From a candidate division FCPU426 bacterium (GTDB lineage: Bacteria > Oederibacteriota > Muellerivitia > Muellerivitales > Muellerivitaceae): a DNA stretch of 10,783 nt. Below the pieces are notes generated by a model, which did no database searches, had not been told where the DNA came from, and was given only the letters and a program-made list of their open reading frames with translations. The stretch spans positions 1 through 10,783 of the forward strand of contig CAWHOE010000056.1 of the NCBI GenBank assembly GCA_963830915.1, given 5' to 3'. Shown here piece by piece: positions 1 through 7,026 of this stretch (position 1 is its first letter; each line of letters opens with the position of its first letter). The position numbers and the translations under genes are program-made.

Positions 1-1
1 G

Positions 2-1474
2 CTCCTGGCCCAAACGGTCCGCTCCCCGGGCGCCAAAGCCCGTCCATGGGCCGCCCTTGGGATGGGAGTCACGGCCTCGGCCGGCATCTATACTTCCATT
101 TTATTTTTCATTCCCACGGCCATTTGTTTTTTAACCCTGACCGGGATGGCCTTGAAAAAGGACGGCGCGAAATCACGGTCTCTGTTTTATTTCCTATTGC
201 CCCTAGTCTTGTTGACCCTTCCGCTGGCCCCGGGCGTCCTGCGTAACATCCTCAAGGGCCATATCGGCGCCTTCATCGCCTCGCCCGGGCAAAGTTTCTC
301 CTTAGCGGAGCAAAGCGTCACTTCGCTTTCCTATCTGACGTCCCTATTCTTTGGGTCAGTGAGCCGTTCTTATTGCAACTATGGGCCTCTCTGGGGCGGT
401 TTCCTGAACCCGCTTTGCGCCGCCGCTTTCTTTCTCGGATCAAGGGAACTTTTCCGATCCCGCCGAAGGCCCTTTGGGATCTGGTTTGCGTCCGCTTTCC
501 TGCTGTTCCTGCTCCCAGGTTTGTTTTCCAATACCATCGAGTGCATGAGGATCTTTCTGATCCTGCCTTTGGTTTTGGTCGCGGTGGCGGTAGGCATCCA
601 GGTCCTTTTGTCGGCCTTGAATGGCAAAAAAAGGGTATATTTTCTGATCATTTTTTTCTCGTTATCGGCCGGATTGGATCTTTATCACTTGCTGGGTCCT
701 TATCACCAGTGGTCCCTGAAGATGGACGCGGGGGATGGGTTCAAATCGCCCGAGAGGTACCAGGCATTCCTCGTCCTTGAGGGAATCCAGAAGGAAAAGG
801 GACCGGGGTTGGTTTTCAGCGATTTCGTGGGGGATGTATTCAATCAATCGCTTTTGATATCGACCTATCCGTTCAACGCGGCCCGTAACCCCAGGTTATC
901 GCCCGAAAAGGCGCGATGGGCCGCGGTCCTTTGCGCGAGGAATTATCTGCCTCCCCTGGCCCGTCGGTTTCCCTCAGCCAAAGAGTATCCTTTGGAAAAT
1001 TTGGATCCCAATAATACCCAGCTCCTGGGCCTGGCAGTCATCCCGATCGACAACGCCGAGGATCAACAGACCCTCCTGGCTTGGGTGCCGGTCCATCGGG
1101 AGGTCCAGGACCTTTTCGCCATCAACCCCTATTTGGTCCGGGATCCGGATTTTGATCCGGCTATTCGGAGGCTTCAGGCGATCTATCCTCGCTGCGAAAA
1201 AGACCCCATCCTCCAGGCTTGGGTATTGGAGAAGATACTGGATGATCTATTGGTGGGGTCGGATTATTCCCTGGCTCGGTGGTTCTTGGCCCAACCATCC
1301 CGGTCCTCGAGGTCGTTCCCGTTCCTCGATTGGAAATTCGCGGCTATGTACCATCAATTGGGGCTGGGGCTGTTGAAGAACGGGGAAAAGGACGAGGCTC
1401 GAAAGAGCTTCCGAAGGGCCGCCGAGTTCGACTCCCGCTATCCTTTAACCCGTTTTCTCGCGATGGTCCGATGA
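2..1474 (+). CDS. 5'-truncated polytopic membrane protein, GT-C fold glycosyltransferase-like (GT39/ArnT/PMT_2-like), with C-terminal soluble domain and one TPR
   Basis: The frame is open from base 2 (LLAQTVRSPGAKARPWAALGMG...), so the true start lies upstream of the window and ATG 62 is internal. It has several hydrophobic helices and colinear similarity to the 7027-9030 protein (YGPLWGGFLNP vs YAPDWGGLLNP; LDLYHL vs LDVYHL; GPGLVFSDF vs GPGMVLSDL). A TPR-like 34-mer AAMYHQLGLGLLKNGEKDEARKSFRRAAEFDSRY lies at 1340-1441. The family call is transferred from the paralog because the catalytic N-terminus is not visible. Confidence 0.75.
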   Translation, partial: LLAQTVRSPGAKARPWAALGMGVTASAGIYTSILFFIPTAICFLTLTGMALKKDGAKSRSLFYFLLPLVLLTLPLAPGVLRNILKGHIGAFIASPGQSFSLAEQSVTSLSYLTSLFFGSVSRSYCNYGPLWGGFLNPLCAAAFFLGSRELFRSRRRPFGIWFASAFLLFLLPGLFSNTIECMRIFLILPLVLVAVAVGIQVLLSALNGKKRVYFLIIFFSLSAGLDLYHLLGPYHQWSLKMDAGDGFKSPERYQAFLVLEGIQKEKGPGLVFSDFVGDVFNQSLLISTYPFNAARNPRLSPEKARWAAVLCARNYLPPLARRFPSAKEYPLENLDPNNTQLLGLAVIPIDNAEDQQTLLAWVPVHREVQDLFAINPYLVRDPDFDPAIRRLQAIYPRCEKDPILQAWVLEKILDDLLVGSDYSLARWFLAQPSRSSRSFPFLDWKFAAMYHQLGLGLLKNGEKDEARKSFRRAAEFDSRYPLTRFLAMVR

Positions 1475-1482
1475 AAAGACGA

Positions 1483-1511
1483 ATGGAGGGTCGTCCCTCA
1501 TCTTATTTTTT
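1483..1511. terminator. Possible intrinsic terminator between convergent genes
   Basis: Hairpin GAGGG-TCGT-CCCTC (1486-1499) followed by ATCTTATTTTTT, in the 28-bp gap between two convergent stop codons. The stem is short. Confidence 0.4.
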
Positions 1512-3294
1512 GGCCTTTGAGTCCGCCGACACGACCCGATAAACGTTGAAAAGGTTGCCGGAAAATACCAAGGGAAAACGTGTCCGCAGATGATGGTTCT
1601 CCATCATATAGATCCAATACCGCTTCACCTCATCCTCGGAACAGATCAAGAACACATCGGGCCGATCCACCATGTCCATGAACAGGTTCTTGAGCCGGAA
1701 ATGGTCCAACATCCGCTGGGCGTTCGGGCAGCGTTGATAGACCGCCAGTGTGAAAATATGGAAATGGCGGAAAGTCTCGAAATCGTCCAGGGCGTCGAAG
1801 AGTTCGTAAGGGAAGCTGGAATCCCAAACGACGAAAAGCTGGTCGTCATTGGGGTTCAGGCGGGCCAGCTGGGATTTCAACTCGGTTTCCTTCAGGACTT
1901 GGTCCTGATTGGCTTTGTGGAAAATCCCCAAGCGCGGCAGGCAGGAAAGCAGGGCGATCGCCAGGAAAAGTATTCCTATAGCCGTCTTCCATTGGCGGAT
2001 CGTTCGACCGGAAGATCGGAACAGTTCCTGGGGCGGTTCCGCCAGGAATATCCCCAGACTTACCAGATAGGCCAACCCGGGATGAACGACCCGTTCTGGC
2101 GCGCGCCAGAAGTACAACAAGTACAGGAAGAAGAGGGTCACCCAGGCGAAATTGGTCAAGTAAAGGGGGATACGCTTGGAGGGGCAAAAAAGGAATAGGC
2201 ACAGGATCAAGACCAGGGACATGCCCCCAAAGTTGGGGTCGAAAAAGATATCGACCAGGGAATGGTAGGAAGAGGGTTTTCCCCGTAGGCCCATCCGGGG
2301 GAAATGCCGCTTCAATCGGTCGATGTTGGCCCAATCGTATTTGTCCGAGTCCATGAAATACCAGTCCTTGAACATCTCGAAGTCGTTCTCGCTCCATTTC
2401 GCGGCGTCGAAGAAGGGTTGGGTGGTGGGGTCATATGCGTGGATCCGGTAGTCCTGGAACTCGACCCTTTCATGGTCGAACCGGTTGAAGGCCTTCCAGC
2501 CCGGGTCCCGTCCATACCAATAATGGTTGAACAGGGCCCCGATCAGGATGAGGGCGGGCCGTCACGAGGATCGGGACGTTGATCCGCCGTTCCCCTAACC
2601 TTTTTCCATTCTTCCGGACGAAAACCGCCAGGAAGGGAAGGGCGCAAACCAGGGTGAAGAGGACGGCCTCGAGGCGTATCAGCGAGGCGAAAACCAAGGC
2701 CGCGCAGGAGAGAAAAAGCCCCCAACCCTTGCCTTTCCGATCCTCCGACTCCAGCAGGGTAGCGAGCAAAAAGAGGCTTCCCTGGGTGGCCAGGGAAGAG
2801 GCGATAGTGAACTGAAGGCTATGGAAAAGAATGAACAGGGTCCCGAGGGCGCCTGCCAAGAACAGGATGGTTTTAAAAAGGAAGGCCGGTCGAAGGGATA
2901 AAGCGGCAATAAAAAGCCAGACACCCAGGAATTGGGCTGACAGGAGAACCAGGCCATACCAGGGGACAAGAGTGGCGAAGTTGTAGGCGGTTTTCAGGAA
3001 ACAACCTAAAAGGATGTTGGAATATCCGACGAATTCGTTGGGGACCAGGTCCGAACCAACCCCTTTGGTGAAGAAGATCTTGAAGGTCTCATCATTCACC
3101 TCGAAAAAAGGCCTGAAGAAAAAGAGCTGAAACCCCAGCAGGACCAGCGTGAGGAAAAAGGAGAATAAGTAAGGATTTTGAGCAGGACCGAGCTGGCCGA
3201 AAAAACCCGGGTTGCATTTGGGATCAAGAGGGATCTTCAGATAGCGCCGCCTATGAGATCGGATTTGGGGTTGGACGGATTCTTGTCGGGTCAT
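1503..3294 (-). pseudogene. Polytopic membrane protein (putative GT-C-like, ~596 aa when repaired) interrupted by a +1 frameshift; pseudogene or sequencing error
   Basis: ORF 2470-3294 and ORF 1503-2375 join into one reading frame if one G is removed from GGG 2556-2558: ...INVPILVTA|ALILIGALFNHYWYGRDPGWKAFNRFDHERVEFQDYRIHAYDPTTQPFFDAAKWSENDFEMFKDWYF... The repair restores a transmembrane helix. An acidic motif (FEVNDE) follows the first TM helix, many further TM segments follow, and the C-terminal domain is soluble. Confidence 0.8.
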
Positions 3295-3375
3295 TATCCT
3301 TAGAAGGAGGAGGTTTGTACCATGGAAAAATACCTGGTTCTACTATTAGAAAAAGGGCGGGTTGAAAAAATAACT

Positions 3376-3432
3376 AAAACGTTTTTGCGATTTTCGATAT
3401 AATCATGCTGAACTTAGAACTTCCTTAGGAGG
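3376..3432 (+). promoter_or_regulatory. Divergent promoter region: -10 box and ribosome-binding site of the isomerase gene
   Basis: AT-rich gap between divergent genes. It contains TATAAT at 3398-3403, Shine-Dalgarno AGGAGG at 3427-3432 ahead of ATG 3437, and a 10-bp palindrome AAAACGTTTT at 3376-3385. There is no consensus -35 at canonical spacing. Confidence 0.5.
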
Positions 3433-3436
3433 ATTC

Positions 3437-4510
3437 ATGAGCACCCCATTGTTGGACCAACCCTCGAAAGTCGGCGCCCTGGACCCGAAGGGAATGTTAC
3501 AAAAGGTCATGGACGTACCTTTCCACTGCCAGGACGCCCGTAATAAGGTCCACAACCGACCCCCGAAAATGAACACCCGGTCCATCAAGAACGTCGTGCT
3601 GTCCGGCCTGGGTGGGTCGGCCATCGGAGGGGATATTCTGCGCACCCTCATCTGGAAAAGCGCGCCCTTCTCCATGTCAGTCAACCGCCATTACGAACTG
3701 CCCGGATACGTCGCTAAGGACACCCTGGTGGTCTGTTCCAGTTATTCGGGCAACACCGAAGAGACCCTCTCGGTCTTCAAACAAGCCATGGCGAAAAAGG
3801 TACCGGTCTTGATCATCTCCTCGGGCGGGGAATTGCTGGAACAGGCGAAAAAAAGGAAGCTTCCCTTTTGCGAGGTGCCGGGCGGTCTGCCGCCCCGGTC
3901 AGCGTTCGGTTATTCCTTCATCACGCTCTTGACCGCCCTGGAACACTTGAAGCTCCTGCCCTCCTACGAGGCCGACTTCCAGGAGACCATGAGCCTTCTC
4001 GTGGCCTTATCCCAGAAATACGGGATCATGAGACCCCAGGCCAAAAATACGGCGAAACAGCTGGCGGTCTTCCTCCATAACAAATTCCCCCTCATCTACG
4101 GCGGCCAGGACCACCTGGATTCGGTGGCGGTGCGTTGGAAGTGCCAGATCAATGAGAACTCCAAACAAGTCGCCATCGCCAACGTCATCCCTGAAATGAA
4201 CCATAACGAGGTCTTGGGTTTCAGTTATCCCGAGCCCATGTCCAAAAAGATGGCCGCCATCTTCCTGCGTCAGTCCAAGTTCGATCATCCACAGATCCGG
4301 CGCCGGTTCGAAATCCTCAAGGGCATGCTCAAGGCCAAAACCACGGGTGTGAGGGAAGTGGAGGCGGAGGGAAGTTCCCTCTTGGCCCAAATGATCACGA
4401 CCTTGTACCTGGGTGATTTCGTCAGCGTCTACCTGGCCTACCTGAAGGGCGTGGACCCCACTCCCATCGGGTTGATCGACCAGTTCAAGGCCCAATTGGC
4501 CAAACGTTAA
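3437..4510 (+). CDS. Bifunctional phosphoglucose/phosphomannose isomerase (PGI/PMI family, two SIS domains)
   Basis: 357 aa with the family motifs GLGGSAIGG, SYSGNTEET, PPRSA, RWKCQINENSK, PEMNHNE and C-terminal YLAYLKGVDPTP. Strong SD upstream. Confidence 0.95.
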   Translation: MSTPLLDQPSKVGALDPKGMLQKVMDVPFHCQDARNKVHNRPPKMNTRSIKNVVLSGLGGSAIGGDILRTLIWKSAPFSMSVNRHYELPGYVAKDTLVVCSSYSGNTEETLSVFKQAMAKKVPVLIISSGGELLEQAKKRKLPFCEVPGGLPPRSAFGYSFITLLTALEHLKLLPSYEADFQETMSLLVALSQKYGIMRPQAKNTAKQLAVFLHNKFPLIYGGQDHLDSVAVRWKCQINENSKQVAIANVIPEMNHNEVLGFSYPEPMSKKMAAIFLRQSKFDHPQIRRRFEILKGMLKAKTTGVREVEAEGSSLLAQMITTLYLGDFVSVYLAYLKGVDPTPIGLIDQFKAQLAKR

Positions 4511-4779
4511 CAAAAGAAGGGTTTCTTATTCCGGGCGTTTCGGCTATGGTAGTGCCCGTCGGATGGCCCTCCTCGCGCCAGCAGTTCCGCGTCGTGCGCC
4601 ACAACCGTCCTGAAACGAGAATGTGTCCAGGAACCTTCCATCGGTCGACTCCGCCTTCCTAAAAGACGGCCTCATTGTCCACCTCTATTAACAAGGCTCC
4701 TTCGCCCGGGAAACTCGAGATGATTTACCGCTTTTCCCCCGATCCCATCCGTTCATGAAAAATGATCAAAGGAAGTACC

Positions 4780-6672
4780 ATGGAAAGTTTTAAAGAGCTG
4801 GGTCTGCCCGAATTTTTAGGAAAGTCCCTGCAAAGAATGAATTTCGTCATCCCCACCCCCATCCAGGCCCAAGCCATCCCACCGGCGTTGGAAGGGAAGG
4901 ATGTCATCGCCTCGGCCCAGACCGGCACGGGCAAGACCGCGGCTTTCGGTATCCCGCTGTTGACCCATCTATTCAAGCATCGGGACCAGACCTCCTTGAT
5001 CCTCACTCCCACACGGGAATTGGCCGTACAGGTGTTGGATGTGTTGCGCAAACTCTCGGGGGATAACGCCTCCTGGGGTTCGGTTCTCCTCATCGGCGGC
5101 GCCCCCATGGGCCCCCAGCTTTCCGCCCTTCAGCGCAAGCCCCGCATGGTGGTGGGGACACCGGGCCGGGTCATCGACCATTTGAACCGCAAATCCCTGA
5201 GCCTCGCCCATTCGGGTTTCCTCGTTCTGGACGAGGCGGACCGCATGCTGGATATGGGTTTCGCGCCCCAGTTGGAAAAGATCCGCCAGCATCTTCCGGT
5301 CCACCGCCAGACGGTGCTTTTTTCCGCCACCATTCCGCCGGACATCCAGGCCCTGGGCGCCCGTTACCTGAAGGACCCGGTGCGCATCTCGGCCGGGCCG
5401 GAAACCCAACCCATCCCCAAGATCGCCCAGATGATCATCCATACCAACGAAACCAAGAAGTTCGACGAGCTGAAAGGGGAATTGGAGGAGCGCAAGGGCT
5501 CGGTCCTACTTTTTTGCCGAACCCAGAACCGGGTGGACCGGGTACTGGACAAGCTCAAGGAACTGGGGATGAAAGCCACCCGCATCCACGGGGGACGCAG
5601 CCAGTCCCAAAGGCGCCAGGCCATCGACCATTTCCGCGAGGGCCGTTATCTCATCCTGGTGGCGACCGACATCGCCGCCCGGGGTTTGGATATCCACCAT
5701 ATCGCCCATGTCATCAACTATGACCTTCCCAGGAACCCGGAAGATTACATCCATCGCGTGGGCCGGACCGCCCGCGCCGGCGCGGAGGGAGCCTCCCTCT
5801 GTCTCTTGACCCCAGAGGACCGTTCCCTGTGGGAGCGCATCCTGAAATTGATGAAACTACCCAAGGAGTCGGTGACGGTCAAGCCGTCCCGATTCGGCAT
5901 TCCCGCCCACACGCCCGGTGTGTCCCATACACGGCCGCCCCAAAGGCCCCACACGGAGCACCGAAAAGGACCTTTCCGTCAGGACAGGCCTTTCGATAAG
6001 AACCGGGGCCGTAACTTTGCCCCGAAAGGTCCAGGGGGTTTTTCCCATAATAAGCCATTCAATAAGAGCGGTGATCGTAATAACCATGTTCGTCACTTCG
6101 AGGACCGGCCCGGCGGCGGCCGACCACAGGATGAGCACCGTCCAGCCAGCCGTCCTTTCGACCGAACTGGCGGAGATCGTCCCCATGTGTCCCATGTCCG
6201 CCATTTCCAGGACCGTCCGGCCAATGGTCGGCCCCAGGGAGAACATAGGCCACTCAGCCGCCCCTTCGAGAAGAAGCCTTTCCGGGCCTACCCCAAAAAT
6301 TCGGATAACCGTCTTGGGGCTCCCGTGGACAAGCACAAGAACCATTTCAGGAAGAACAGCTTCAGGAACGACGGCCCGAACGGGGCAAAGTTCATCTTCC
6401 ATGGCGCTAGCGACAGCAGGCCCATGCCCCAGGAAAAGACCGAGTGGAACCGCAAGCCCGAAGGGCCCCAAGGGGAACCGGTCGAGCGGAACTGGAATAA
6501 CGTGGCCGAACCGGACCGTAACCAGCACCATGCCAAGGGGTTCGGGCACAAGCCTTTCAACCCGACCAGGCCTTTCAAGAAGCCCCAGGGTCATCAGGAC
6601 CATCGGCCAGGCGGAGGTTTCAACAGGCCCCATAAGTTCGGGAAGAGCCGGCCCCCCCATCAGGAAGGGTAA
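4780..6672 (+). CDS. DEAD-box ATP-dependent RNA helicase with long disordered C-terminal tail
   Basis: Q motif (FKELGL...PTPIQ), I AQTGTGKT, Ia PTRELA, GTPGR, II DEAD, III SAT, QSQR, V ATDIAARGLD and VI HRVGRTAR. ATG 4780 is preferred over ATG 4762 because AAAGGAAG (4768-4775) precedes it. I see no DbpA-type RNA-binding domain, so the architecture is RhlE/CshA-like; no symbol is assigned. Confidence 0.97.
   Translation: MESFKELGLPEFLGKSLQRMNFVIPTPIQAQAIPPALEGKDVIASAQTGTGKTAAFGIPLLTHLFKHRDQTSLILTPTRELAVQVLDVLRKLSGDNASWGSVLLIGGAPMGPQLSALQRKPRMVVGTPGRVIDHLNRKSLSLAHSGFLVLDEADRMLDMGFAPQLEKIRQHLPVHRQTVLFSATIPPDIQALGARYLKDPVRISAGPETQPIPKIAQMIIHTNETKKFDELKGELEERKGSVLLFCRTQNRVDRVLDKLKELGMKATRIHGGRSQSQRRQAIDHFREGRYLILVATDIAARGLDIHHIAHVINYDLPRNPEDYIHRVGRTARAGAEGASLCLLTPEDRSLWERILKLMKLPKESVTVKPSRFGIPAHTPGVSHTRPPQRPHTEHRKGPFRQDRPFDKNRGRNFAPKGPGGFSHNKPFNKSGDRNNHVRHFEDRPGGGRPQDEHRPASRPFDRTGGDRPHVSHVRHFQDRPANGRPQGEHRPLSRPFEKKPFRAYPKNSDNRLGAPVDKHKNHFRKNSFRNDGPNGAKFIFHGASDSRPMPQEKTEWNRKPEGPQGEPVERNWNNVAEPDRNQHHAKGFGHKPFNPTRPFKKPQGHQDHRPGGGFNRPHKFGKSRPPHQEG
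6085..6270 (+). repeat. Intragenic diverged tandem duplication (two 78-nt copies, period 108 nt) in the helicase tail
   Basis: HVRHFEDRPGGGRPQDEHRPASRPFD (6085-6162) vs HVRHFQDRPANGRPQGEHRPLSRPFE (6193-6270): 20 of 26 residues identical. Confidence 0.9.
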
Positions 6673-6690
6673 AGAGGTAGTCCAACGGGT

Positions 6691-6939
6691 CCAAAAATAT
6701 AACCGGGTTATATCTTGGGGAGCTTGAGTAAGCCTTTGGATCGGAACTCGAGTATAAAAACTTAAAACTTTTAAGTTTTTATAAAGCCAATGACAAATAA
6801 AGGGCCAAGTGGGGTTTTGAAAACCCAAAGTTAAGATTCTTAACTTTCGCTAATTTCATGGATTGTTCGAAACCCCAAAAATATACGACTCGTATATTTG
6901 GGCCAACTGGAGCCCTCCGATTCTTGGCATTGCCAAGAA
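6691..6939. repeat. Cluster of six perfect inverted repeats, each with a 1-nt centre
   Basis: ATATAACC-g-GGTTATAT (6697-6713); TATAAAAACTTAAAA-c-TTTTAAGTTTTTATA (6753-6783); GGGTTTT-g-AAAACCC (6812-6826); AAAGTTAAGA-t-TCTTAACTTT (6827-6847); AAATATACGA-c-TCGTATATTT (6879-6899); TTCTTGGCA-t-TGCCAAGAA (6921-6939). Confidence 0.95.
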
Positions 6940-7026
6940 ATCCGAATGATTCTGGCAATTTATCGTCTGGAATTAGGGTTGGAATTACTAGAAATAGTCA
7001 CTCAAAAATCCCCGATAATGGCCTAA

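Noticed and set aside
624..659. Homopolymer runs (A and T tracts) in gene 1 as phase-variation sites
   Set aside because: The runs are short (about 7-9 nt), in frame, and explained by Lys and Phe codons. Similar runs occur throughout these membrane genes.
1590..2582. Antisense and off-frame ORFs over the split membrane gene (1590-2198 +, 1846-2397 -, 2304-2582 +)
   Set aside because: Typical shadow ORFs of a gene with GC-biased third positions, with no protein-like features.
5857..6828. Long alternative-frame ORFs over the helicase tail (5918-6727 +, 269 aa; 5857-6828 -, 323 aa)
   Set aside because: They overlap a GC-rich low-complexity coding region where stops are rare. The synonymous-change pattern in the 6085-6270 repeat fits the helicase frame. 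No recognisable motifs or RBS.
6691..6939. CRISPR array interpretation of the palindrome cluster
   Set aside because: No identical direct repeats, irregular centre-to-centre spacing (63, 51, 18, 52, 41 nt) and no cas genes in the window.
6835..6952. Four GANTC sites in about 120 bp (CcrM-type methylation cluster)
   Set aside because: Two are simply the centres of odd palindromes. Nothing in the window indicates the host has a GANTC methyltransferase.
6680..6984. Integron attC site (GTCCAAC matches RYYYAAC right after a stop codon)
   Set aside because: The best complementary partner (GTTGGAA) is about 300 nt away, too far for attC, and does not match GTTRRRY. No L boxes with extrahelical bases, and the flanking genes are not cassette-like.
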